64,000 nucleotides of DNA, taken from assembly GCA_002269645.1 (NCBI GenBank), contig NIVC01002315.1:1-64000 (forward strand), in the 5' to 3' direction. The stretch comes from Macrostomum lignano (taxonomy: Eukaryota). Made by a program: the position numbers and the translations under genes. Within the stretch, counting starts at the first letter, position 1. Every line of letters starts with the position of its first letter. This document shows, piece by piece, positions 1-11,491 of the stretch. The notes beneath the pieces are model-generated. The model had not been told where the DNA came from. It made no database searches and saw only the letters and a program-made list of their open reading frames with translations.

Positions 1-257
1 GCTGCCTCCTGGCCACTCAACAAAGCCAAGCGATGGTGGCTGGCTCAGAAACTTTTTTAGGTTTTTAGAAGAAAAATGATTTGATTTCGCAATGGCCGAG
101 TAGCCAGGTGAAAGTTGGCGGGTGAAATCTTTGAGGGGGGGACACGAAGAAGTTTTTGAAAGTGGGCGGAGCGGCGCTGGTTTGCTCTTTTGCTGCACAA
201 CCGAACTGTTGCGGCTGGATGGGAAAAATGAGATGCTGAGAATAAAACACTCACTAG

Positions 258-1300
258 GAGAAACGGGACTTTAATAGGGAGAAACCGGGTCTTTAATAGG
301 AAACAGGAACTTTGATAGAGAGAAACCGGGGCTTTGTTAATGAGAAACCGGGACTTTAATAGGGAGAAACCAGGACTTTGTTAATGAGATACCGGGACTT
401 TAATAGGGAGAAACCGGGACTTTGATAGAGAGAAACCAGGACTTTGATAATGAGAAACCAAGACTTTGATAGAGAGAAACCAAGACTTTGATAGGGAGAA
501 ACCAGGACTTTGATAGGGAGAAACCGGGGCTTTGTTAATGAGAAACCAGGACTTTAATAAGGAGAAACCGGGACTTTGATAGAGAGAAATCGGGACTTTG
601 ATAGGGAGAAACCGGAACTTTGATAGAGAGAAATCGGGACTTTGATAGGGAGAAACCGGGGCTTTGTTAATGAGAAACCAGGACTTTGATAGAGAGAAAC
701 CGGGACTTTGATAGAGAGAAACCGGGACTTTGATAGGGAGAAATCGGGACTTTGATAGGGAGAAACCAGGACTTTGATAGAGAGAAATCGGGACTTTGAT
801 AGGGAGAAACCGGAACTTTGATAGAGAGAAACCGGGACTTTAATAAGGAGAAAACGGGACTTTGATAGAGAGAAATCGTGACTTTGATAGGGAGAAACCG
901 GAACTTTGATAGAGAGAAACCGGGGCTTTGTTAATGAGAAACCGGGACTTTGATAGAGAGAAACCGGGACTTTAATAAGGAGAAAACGGGACTTTGATAG
1001 GGAGAAACCGGGACTTTGATAGAGAGAAACCGGGACTTTAATAAGGAGAAAACGGGACTTTGATAGGGAGAAACCGGGACTTTGATAGAGAGAAACCGGG
1101 ACTTTGATAGAGAGAAACCGGGACTTTAATAGGGAGAAAACGGGACTTTGATAGGGAGAAACAGGGACTTTGTTAATGAGAAACCGGGACTTTGATAGGG
1201 AGAAACCGGGACTTTGTTAATGAGAAACCGGGACTTCGATAAGAATAGTCGGGACATAAATAGAGAAAAACCGGGACTTTGATAATAAGAAACCGGGACA
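258..1300. repeat. 22-24-bp minisatellite (GAGAAACCGGGACTTTGATAGG)n
   Basis: About 45 tandem copies visible. Confidence 0.95.
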
Positions 1301-1924
1301 AAAATCTCTTTCCTCATTAATCTAGTTGACAACAAAAGTGATTCATTATGGTTCGTGACAATGACAGCTAAAAAATCGACAGGCTAATTCTGCAGACGAT
1401 TCAGGAAATCAGTGGCATACAGAGAGCGGAGAGATGGAGAAACACAGCAGGTGGGTGACAGTTGCCTGGGCGGCGGCAAGGCGAGAGATGGGGAATACTC
1501 CCGGCGCATAAGAACTGCAGAGTTACAGAGCAACCTCAGCTTGGTGGACAGACGGGCTGTATGGCCATGAGGCTCATGGAGGTAGTGTGCGCGGCCGGAG
1601 CAGGGGTTGACGGATGGGGACAGCGGCTTGGCGATGGAGCTACAATGGGGAGTGGAGTCTGCAGGAGTGGGGCAGAGTCGGGGGGGGGGGTAGGGCGAGA
1701 GACAAAAGCGGCTGCTGCAACAGCAGCTCCGCATGTTGTGTTGGCGGCCTTGTACTTTACTAGCTAACTATAGCTTTATAGATGGCCGGCTCTGCTCTGG
1801 AATAGGAAAAAGTTATTCTTTTGTTTTAATTTGAGCCCTAATATTTTTCTCTGTTGTATTTAGCATGCTGATTTGGAAATAACTCCCTGATCTAGTTTAA
1901 CTTTTGCAATTTTTTAAATCGATC

Positions 1925-3200
1925 AGGCTCAATGGAGAGTTGCTGAGATGCCAATTGGCTCAATGGGGAGTTGCTGAGATGCCATGGCTCAATGGGGAGT
2001 TGCTGAGATGCCATGGCTCAATGGGGAGTTTCTGAGATGCCATGGCTCAATGGGGAGTTTCTGAGATGCCATGGCTCAATGGGGAGTTGCTGAGATGCCA
2101 ATTGGCTCAATGGGGAGTTTCTGAGATGCCATGGCTCAATGGGGAGTTTCTGAGATGCCATGGCTCAATGGGGAGTTGCTGAGATGCCAATTGGCTCAAT
2201 GGGGGAGTTGCTGAGATGCCAATTGGCTCAATGGGGAGTTGCTGAGATGCCAATTGTCTCAATGGGGAGTTGCTGAGATGCCATGGCTCAACGGGGAGTT
2301 GCTGAGATGTCATAGCTCAATGGGGAGTTGCTGAGATGCCATGGCTCAATGGAGAGTTGCTGAGATGCCAATTGGCTCAATGGGGAGTTGCTGAGATGCC
2401 AATTGTCTCAATGGAGGGTTGCTGAGATGCCATGGCTCAACGGGGGTTGCTGAGATGCCATGGCTCAATGGGGAGTGGCTGAGATGCCATGGCTCAATGG
2501 GGAGTTGCTGAGATGCCAATTGGCTCAATGGGAGTTGCTGAGATGCCAATTGGCTCAATGGGGAGTTGCTGAGATGCCAATTGGCTCAATGGAGAGTTGC
2601 TGAGATGCCAATTGGCTCAATGGAGAGTTGCTGAGATGCCATGGCTCAATGGGGAGTTGCTGAGATGCCAATTGGCTCAATGGGGAGTTGCTGAGATGCC
2701 ATGGCTCAATGGGGAGTTGCTGAGATGCCAATTGTCTCAATGGAGAGTTGCTGAGATGCCAATTGGCTCAATGGGGAGTTGCTGAGATGCCATGGCTCAA
2801 TGGAGAGTTGCTGAGATGCCATGGCTCAATGGGGAGTTGCTGAGATGCCAATTGGCTCAATGGAGAGTTGCTGAGATGCCATGGCTCAATGGGGAGTTGC
2901 TGAGATGCCAATTGGCTCAATGGAGAGTTGCTGAGATGCCAATTGGCTCAATGGGGAGTTGCTTAGATGCCAATTGGCTCAATGGAGAGTTGCTGAGATG
3001 CCAATTGGCTCAATGGGGAGTTGCTGAGATGCCAATTGTCTCAATGGAGGGTTGCTGAGATGCCATGGCTCAACGGGGAGTTGCTGAGATGTCATAGCTC
3101 AATGGGGAGTTTCTGAGATGTCATAGCTCAATGGGGAGTTTCTGAGATGCCAATTGGCTCAATGGGGAGTTGCTGAGATGCCAATTGGCTCAATGGGGAG
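1925..3200. repeat. 29/31-bp minisatellite (GGCTCAATGGGGAGTTGCTGAGATGCCA[AT]T)n
   Basis: Tandem copies in two length variants. Confidence 0.95.
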
Positions 3201-3388
3201 CTACAATCGCTGTTAACTAGAAAGTGTAACTACCATCTCACACAGATTAGAACTTCAAGCAGTGCACTCAAAGCCTTAGTGAAAAAATGTTCAGCAACAC
3301 AAATAAACCGTGCTCAGTTCATATTGACTCTGTTGCAACAGCAGTTCAAGCTCTCAGCATCCTCGGCATCAGTTTCCTGCTAACTCAC

Positions 3389-6300
3389 CCAGACAGCATC
3401 AGCTGCATCTACGGTCTGCTGCTTCAAGCTTTGCTGCTGTTTCTCCTGTTGCTGCTGGTGCCACGGAAATTTCGCCGTCTTCAGCGCTCGCCCGGCGCTG
3501 TTATTGCGATTGGCTTGGCCGCCGCCAACGGAGCCTGCGAGAGTGTGATGAGGCATAAGAGAGGCTGCGGAGCAGTAGCAGCCAACTGTGTCTACAAAAA
3601 CAGGATGTGTTTGCTGAAGGCCCTATGCAGTTTAGCTTTGAGCTAAACTGAGTGCATTTTCAGCTGAAGTTACACCCTGATTGCTTTAGCGAACAAGGGG
3701 GAAGGGGGGCATGGTTTCTTCATCAGGTGGGAAGCCATTGCAAACGTATGCGTATACAGGGATGTGCTAAAAACCACAAGCGCATAGGAAATTAGAACGT
3801 ATTGGTAAGAAATCCCAAGTCAGTAGTCTGAAATCCTGCCATAAAAATTGTACTGCTGTCTATGGCTCATAGATGTGTAGATGTATGTGTGTAGATGTGT
3901 AGATCTGTAGATGTCTATGACCTGATCTGTAGATGTTTATGACCTGATCTGTAGATGTCTATCTATGACCTGATCTGTTGATGTCCAAGACGCAATCTGC
4001 ATACATCGAAAAAAATCATTTGGATCATATTGGTATCCATTACTGGATCGTATTGATCTATGATCGAATCATATTTAGTATATATGACTGGATCATATTG
4101 ATTTATGACTGGATCATTTTGATTTATGACTGGATCATTTTGATTTATGACTGGATCATATTAATATCCATGACTGGATAATATTGATCTATAATTGGAT
4201 CATATTGATTTATGACTGGATCATATTAATATCCATGACTGGATCATATTGATCTATAATTGGATCATATTGATCTATGAGTGGATCATATTTGATCTAC
4301 ATGTATGATTGGATCTGGCTGTCAGAATGAACTCAAACTTCGCGGACCGGATTTCAACGAACACAGCCAGCGGCGAGTCTTACCGTCCCCAGCGGGCTCC
4401 TCCAGGTCCACCAGTCGGTCAGCGGCCGGCCACTCAAAGGCATCGTTGGCCGCGTACTCCACGGACAGGCCGTCCGGGCCCAGCCTGGGCAGGCGGCGGC
4501 GCCCGAGCCTGGCTGTGACCGCCTCCAGGAGGGCGGCCGGCGGCGCCGCGGGCGGCTGAGCGGCCGATTGGCGCACAGCCGACAGCAGCGTCGACAGATG
4601 GGGCTGCGGGTGTGGGTGGTAGGGGGGCTGTATTGGGATCATTGTGGGAGAGTGAGGCGGATTCTCAAGAACTGAGGAGAGCGGAGAGGCGGATTCTCAG
4701 GGACAGAGGAGAGCGGAGAGGCGGATTCTCAAGAACTGAGGAGAGCGGAGAGGCGGATTCTCAGGGACAGAGGAGAGCGGAGAGGCGGATTCTCAGGGAC
4801 AGAGGAGAGCGGAGAGGCGGATTCTCAGGGACTGAGGAGAGCGGAGAGGCGGATTCTCAGGGACAGAGGAGAGCGGAGAGGCGGATTCTCAGGGACAGAG
4901 GAGAGCGGAGAGGCGGATTCTCAGGGACAGAGGAGAGCGGAGAGGCGGATTCTCAGGGACAGAGGAGAGCGGAGAGGCGGATTCTCAGGGACAGAGGAGA
5001 GCGGAGAGGCGGATTCTCAGGGACTGAGGAGAGCGGAGAGGCGGATTCTCAGGGACAGAGGAGAGCGGAGAGGCGGATTCTCAGGGACAGAGGCAGATTC
5101 TCAAGGACTGAGGGAGCCGAGAGGCAGATTCTCAAGGACTGAGGGAGCCGAGAGGCAGATTCTCAAGGACTGAGGGAGCCGAGAGGCAGATTCTCAAGGA
5201 CTGAGGGAGCCGAGAGGCAGATTCTCAAGGACTGAGGGAGCCGAGAGGCAGATTCTCAAGGACTGAGGGAGCCGAGAGGCAGATTCTCAAGGACTGAGGG
5301 AGCCGAGAGGCAGATTCTCAAGGACTGAGGGAGCCGAGAGGCAGATTCTCAAGGACTGGGGAGGGAGAGTCAGATGCTCAAGCACTGAGGGAGAGCGGAG
5401 GGGCAGATTCTCAAGCACTGAGGGAGAGCGGAGGGGCAGATTCCCAAGGACTGAGGAGAGCGGAGCGGCGGCTCACCTGTCCGAGTGCCTGCGCCAGCAG
5501 GGCAGCGGCTTCCATGGCGGCACGCCGAACCGATCGGCGGTGGTCGTGCAGCGTCGGCGACAACGCGGCGCACAGCCTGGCGAGGTCGAAGTCGGAGCTG
5601 GGGAAGTCGATGAGCGCCAGCATGGCCAGCTGGAGCGCCTCCTCCCTGGCGCGGGAGTGGCGCGAGGCCAGGCCAAAAGCCAGGTAGCCGTTGTCAAGGA
5701 CGCGCTGAGGCCCGAAGAGATGCATCAGAAGGCGGGCCAGGCGGGCGGTGGCCAGCCGGACAGCCGGGCCGCCCTGCCCGAGCCGTGCTGAGGCGCAGTC
5801 GAGGAGGCCGGGTAGCGACGGCTCCAGCCAGCTCGGCTCGAGGCGTTCCACCAGGGTGAAGATGGCTTCGAGCGTTGTCATGGCAATGCCGCCGCGGTCG
5901 ACGTCTTCGGCGGCTGGCCGGGCGAGCTGGCGGCGGAAGAAGCGCAAAAGTTCCGGAAGACGCGGCACAAGAAGCTCCGGCCGGCGAAGCAACCGAATGG
6001 CGGCGGCGATGGCGGCGGCAGCCTCAGCCAGGCGGCGTGCATCTCCGTCACCGGATTCCAGCACTGCGACTGGCTCGGCGGGCAGGCAGCCGAAGGCGAG
6101 GCTCTCCCGCCTGGAGTTGAAGAAGCGCAGCAGCGGCGGGTTAAGCTGGGAGATGCACTTGGCGAAGTGCCCGGGTGGTAGGCCGGCCTCCAGCACGTCC
6201 AGAGCTCGGGCAGCCGCCTCAGACGTTGTCAGCGGCGCAGTTGATGCATTCGTCCCTGCTGCGTTGCCGACCTCGTTGGCTCCTGCCGCAGGCGCACCAG

Positions 6301-7116
6301 ATCCATGATTTTCCACTTCGTCGTCATTGCCAGCAGCGTCTTCAGACTCGCTGTCGTCGTTGTCGACGCTTTCGCTGTCATCGTCCAACTCGTCACCGTC
6401 TTCCCCGTCATCATCGTTGTCTTCTTCGTCGTCGTCGTTTTCCTCTTCACTTTCCTCTCCGTCGTTGTCGTCCTCGTTGACACTGTCGTCGTCGTCGTCG
6501 CAGTCGCCAGTAGCCAGGCAGCGGACGAGGGAGGCAACCAGCGGGCTGAAGTCGAGTCCGGAGGGCAGCAGGTCCGGCGGCGGCAGGAGTCGCTGGGCAT
6601 CGCCACCGCTGCCGCCGCTGTTCGCCAGGGCGAGGCAGGCGCCCCGGCGGACGGCCGGATCGGGCGAATCAACGCCGTGCTGCGCCAGAGCGGCCAGCAG
6701 CCCCGAGCCGGCATCGACATCTTCGGCGGCCTGCAGGAATCGGCGCAAACAGCCAGCCGCTGCGCGTCGATTTGCCGACGCTCGGTCGCCAAGGCAACGA
6801 ATGAGAGCCGGGGCCAGCACCCCGGCGTGAGCCACAGCAAGCAGGCGGCTCTGGTCGAGCGTGTTCGTTGCTATGGATACAGCGAAGCCGCGGACCGCCA
6901 GGCCGGGTCGCGCAGCGCGCAGGCCAGCGACTCGAACAGCTGGCGGAGGTCGCGATGGCTGAGGCCGTCGTTGCGGGTGCGGACAATCTCGGCCAGAGCC
7001 TCAAGAGCCTGCGGCCGCAACTCCGGCTCGAAAGCCAGCTCCCACAGCAGCTGCTGCGGCAGCCCCGGGCCGCTGTCGCCGGCCGCCACGGCCAGTTCGC
7101 CCTCCAAAGAAAGCAT
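3389..7116 (-). CDS. TOGARAM1: TOG-array ciliary microtubule regulator (TOGARAM1/FAM179B/Crescerin/CHE-12 family), 5' portion. Exons 7116-5477 (1-bp frameshift near 6898), 4603-4384, 3534-3389; gene presumably continues toward or past the window start
   Basis: HEAT repeats ALRDPAWxVRGFAVSIA and LIRCLGDRASANRRAA (TOG1-like). SRHSRAREEALQLAMLALIDFPSSDFDLARLCAALSPTLHDHRRSVRRAAMEA and LLEAVTARLGRRRLPRLGPDGLSVEYA match the TOG2 end as I recall it for the family, followed by an SAGR..KFPW motif. Donors CAG|GTGAGC (5476), G|GTAAGA (4383), TGG|GTGAGT (3388) and acceptors at 4604 and 3535 give consistent phases 0/1/0. Start codon uncertain. Confidence 0.85.
3870..4300. repeat. Degenerate 21-22-bp tandem repeats (GACTGGATCATATTGATTTAT and CTATGACCTGATCTGTAGATGT)
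   Basis: Visible tandem units in a TOGARAM intron. Confidence 0.85.
4650..5465. repeat. 32-bp then 31-bp minisatellite (GGAGAGCGGAGAGGCGGATTCTCAGGGACAGA / GAGGGAGCCGAGAGGCAGATTCTCAAGGACT)
   Basis: Fills TOGARAM intron 1; two related unit types in adjacent blocks. Confidence 0.95.
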
Positions 7117-8396
7117 TCGTCTGGGCGTCCTGGTCGCGGTCGTACCGGGACCCAGTCCTCCTCGCTGATCAGCAGAGACCAGCTGGCGTCATGTTTGGTG
7201 CCGATGATTAATGTAAATTAAATTCCTGTAAGGGAATATTTGAGCGTATGCATCCTCACATTTAGTACAAAACAACTAAACAAAGTAAAGAATCAAGTAA
7301 ACAATAAATCGATTTTTTCGTTTAAGAGAGACTGTCACGTTTAGTCTTATTTTTAAACTTATTTTAGTTTGTAACCTTTTAAAAGCATTTTTCTAAATAA
7401 CTATTATGCTATTTTCTAACTATTTTCTAAATAACTAATAGGCACAATGCACAATCAAGTCTTAAACAGTAATAAATGTTTTACTGTTTTTTTACTGTAT
7501 TTCTTCTTTTCAACATCGATTGTTGAAGTTGGAGGTCAATCAGACACTAAAAGTAGCTAATTTAAATTAAAAGGTGCAAATTTGCAAATTGGAATTTTTT
7601 TTAACTTTCTAGAACTTGAATGAAAATGTAAATGTCTTCAGCTTCAAAAGCACATATGCATAAAGAATAAGATCAAAAACATTTTCTAACAATTAATAGA
7701 TTTTTTTACTATTTTTACAAATTACGGATAAATTATTGCGTGTGATAGCAAAGAAGGATTTTTAGTTGGGCATACAAAGCAATTATTCAAGTTTTCTAAC
7801 AGCCTAGTACGAGTATATTCTTTTAACTTAACATCTGAAGCTAAGACAGTTTGGACTAATTATGGGAAAGAATAATATAACTTATATTATAAAGACGGAT
7901 AGACAAACCCTAGACAAATATAAAAAATATATCCATTCCTAGTTGTTCACATTTCCTAAAAATCTTATATTTTGTTAGATGGTATCGGTCTATAAAAATG
8001 ATTTCAGAAATAATTGGTTGTATACTAGACTACGACCCACGCTCTCTTCCAACCCCAACCATTTAAGGATACCTACCATGTGTTTTTTATTTCAGATCGA
8101 ATATAATTTTAGTGTACGGTACGCGATTAAGTTGAGAGATGATTTTTATGTATAAGATTAGAAAATAATTCCACGGGAGCGTGTCAAATGTAACACACGA
8201 AGTTAGTTTACATAGGAGGTTATTTAAAACAAAATGAAAATGTTACCGGTCAGGTATTTTTTCAATTTAAGTTTTGCGGTTTATGCCTGTTTTTATTAAT
8301 TTTCTAGATTTCTTTATTTTTTGCCGTAATGTTCTTTTTACTTTTATGTGTTTTGGTTTGTCACGCTGCCGACCCGAAACATCTACATGTATTATC

Positions 8397-9098
8397 CGAG
8401 GACTGCTCAACTAAAAGGACGGAAAACTAAGTTTCTTAGAAAATGTTTAGGAGGCAGGTTTTCGCCGAAAAATACACTACGGAGATAGGAAGTTTTCACT
8501 TCTTTCAGCACAAAAATTGTTATATTGCTTTCGATAAGAGGCACCCAATGTTCAGCTTTTGGTGTGTGTGTTGTGCCTTTCTTATAGCTCTATTCGATAT
8601 TCATAAAGCTTTTCGTTCAGAATATTAGGATTCTGCTATTTTTTCTAAGTACATTCCCTGTACTTACAATGGATGGCGCAGCTCCTCATTGGTTTTATGA
8701 ATTTATTTTTATCATCTCTGTCACATTGTTTAATTGTTACACAGTCAGCTAAGGATAATAAAATAGATTAATAAATAATAAAAGCCGAGCCCTGCTATTC
8801 TAAATTTTTTTAGGCACAGGAGATGTACAATTGTACGTAAAATAAAAAATTACATAACATCCTAATTTTCTGAACGAAAAGCTTTATGAATATCGAAAAG
8901 AGCCATAAAAAAGGCACAACACATCAAAAGCTGAACATTGCAGTGTTTGCCTCCTATCGAAAGCAATAACGACTTTTGTGCTGAAAGAAATGAAAAGTTC
9001 CTATCTCCGTAGTGTATTTTTTCGGCAAAAACCTGCCTCCTAAACATATTCTAAGAAACTTAGTGTTTTCCGTCCTTTAGTTGAGTAGTCGTCCTTCG
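8397..9098. mobile_element. Degenerate MITE with about 230-bp TIRs, same family as 9534-10231 but in the opposite orientation
   Basis: 8400-8630 is the reverse complement of about 8860-9095; the interior aligns by eye to the reverse complement of 9760-10005; no TSD detected. Confidence 0.75.
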
Positions 9099-9533
9099 CA
9101 ATTCTCGCAAATACTCGTACAGAAAATTTCATATCATATCAATATATTGCATATCATGACAGCTACATATGAAGGAATCGCATGTAAATCACTCAATATC
9201 ACAACAGTATACGATGAGTATCTATATACACGACTAGTATATACACGCACATGAACTCAAATATACATATAGAATAAACTTTACAACACTTGCACAATGC
9301 TGTACATGTACATACATGCAGAGCACGCAGAGTAGTTATTTTAGCTCGTAATTTGCATGTGTAGTTCAGCTGAGTAAATAAACGCGAATATCACGGACCA
9401 CCGGGCAGTTAGTAGTCCGTTGTAAAAGTTAAAGACGCTACCCATTGAAACAATTTTTTTCTTTATTTTTCAGAAGCTCACAAAGCGATGAAATTGAAGC
9501 ATTCAGAAAACGATGGCATACACACTGTAATTC

Positions 9534-10231
9534 CAAGGACGACTTAAGTAGAAGGACGGGAAACCTCGTCTCTTAGAAAATTTTTGAAGGCACTTTTTCC
9601 CGAAAAAATACACTACGGAGATAGGAAATTTTCATTTTTTCAGCACAAAAATTGCTATTACTCTTGATAGGAGGCAGATCCAGTGCTCATCTTTTGATAT
9701 GTTGTGCCTTTTTTATTGCTCTATCGATATTTATAAAGCTTTTAGTTCAGAAAATTAGGATTCTATGTAAATTTTTTATTCTCCGTATATTTTCACGTGT
9801 CTTGTGATTGAAATACATTAGAATGCCACGGCTCGGCTCTTTGGTTTTAGAAGTCTATTTTATCATTCTTAACTGACTGTTTAGCAAATATTCGTAACAG
9901 AGATGATAAAACAGGTTCATAAAAGCAAATATTGGAGCTGTGTCATGCATTTTTGTGATTTTCAGATACAGGAAATGTACGTAGAATAAAAAATTGACAT
10001 ATAATCCTAATTTTCTGAACGAAAAGCTTTATAAATATCGATAGAGCAATAAAAAAGGCACAACATATCAAAAGATGAGCACTGGATCTGCCTCCTATCA
10101 AAAGTAATAGCAATTTTTGTGCTGAAAAAATGAAAATTTCCTATCTCCGTAGTGTATTTTTTCGGGAAAAAGTGCCTTCAAAAATTTTCTAAGAAACGAG
10201 GTTTCCCGTCCTTCTACTTAAGTCGTCCTTG
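9534..10231. mobile_element. Non-autonomous DNA transposon (hAT- or P-type ends), about 230-bp TIRs, 8-bp TSD
   Basis: Ends CAAGGACGACTTAAGTAGAAGG...CCTTCTACTTAAGTCGTCCTTG; TGTAATTC at 9526-9533 and 10232-10239. Confidence 0.9.
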
Positions 10232-11128
10232 TGTAATTCACGGTGCAATGGAAATGAGCCCCGATCATGTACCGAGCTGTATAAGCTACGAGGTGCATTT
10301 CTGATTGACTAAATCTATAATAAAATTTCAGAACATTTTTAGCAAAAGCGCTACTTTTTCTACTGTTATCACACAGATTAGAATAAATTTCATTAGGCAA
10401 GGTGATTTATTGGTGTGAAGCACTATATTATTATTGTACATGTAACTACAATAGCATTTGAGTCCATTTTTTATCTAAATGCTTGCGCAAACAATTAGGA
10501 TTGTGTTCAGACTTGAAAGTGCTACAAATATGGGATATAAATATACTTTGTACTGGCATAAAAGTGCAAGTAAAATGGGAAACAGGGCAAGGACAAGCAG
10601 TTGGAGCAGCAGTTGAAGCAGCTACAGAAGACAACAGCGATGGTGAAGTACGAGCATCAGCGGATGTGAAGCTTCAGCTCGATGGCAACGAAAAAAAACT
10701 GCATTTGATGAGAACTCAGATTTCTCTGCAGTAAAGCCAGGACAATATCAAATTTTGCTTCTTGTCTACAAATTTTGTCTAGATGGACTCAACAGTATTT
10801 CGCGAGCAATATGGTACTATTATGAATAGTAACATGCACGTCTTTTCAATGAAATTTTTTCGATCGTTGGCAAGGTTTCAAATGGGTTATAAAGCTTTTG
10901 CTATCAGACAATAGTAATGCATAACTCAATTTAGCAATAAACATTAAAATGGGTTCAGCACAATTCAATAAAAGCTGGCGGAGAACTTTAATTACGAGTA
11001 GACTGCAGTGGTCCGTGTGGTCCTGCCGGCGCTATAACGCCATTGGATTGTTGAAAGTGTTCTGTTTTAGAGATTCTTCTTGATTCACTGACTCGCATAA
11101 GATTAGATGGGAATGATCGAGGTGAAGC

Positions 11129-11191
11129 CAGGGACTACTAAATATTTAGTATTATACTTAATACTTAGTACTTAGTATTTAGTAGTCCCTG
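11129..11191. mobile_element. 63-bp miniature hAT-like element
   Basis: 16-bp TIR CAGGGACTACTAAATA/TATTTAGTAGTCCCTG; TSD GGTGAAGC at 11121-11128 and 11192-11199. Confidence 0.85.
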
Positions 11192-11491
11192 GGTGAAGCG
11201 CTTACAAGTTTGAAAACAGAATTCCCACTAAATTCCCGGCCAATTAGATCCAGATGTCCATGGAGATCCAGTCCAGTTAGATCCAGATGTCCACGGAACT
11301 CTAGTCCGAATTCTCAATAGTCTATGGGATTCTTGGTTAGATAATAGAGCCAGAGGTCCCATGGACGTCCAGTCCAGGTAATCCCAGCTAGAGGTCCGTG
11401 CCTTCTTTATGAAGACAGAGGTAAACAATTTGGAAGCTCAGGGAGAATGACAGCCGGGAGAAATGAGGAATGAATGAGACAGATGAAGGCT

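Noticed and set aside
1540-1750. Possible further TOGARAM exon (AANTTCGAAVAAAAFVSRPTPPP...)
   Set aside because: Weak AAG acceptor, low-complexity peptide, no family motif and no clear donor.
6305-7168. 287-aa plus-strand ORF and other overlapping ORFs
   Set aside because: Antisense or alternate-frame shadows of the GC-rich TOGARAM exon.
10483-10734. Plus-strand ORF with CAG/GCA-rich sequence
   Set aside because: No splice-consistent model or recognisable product.
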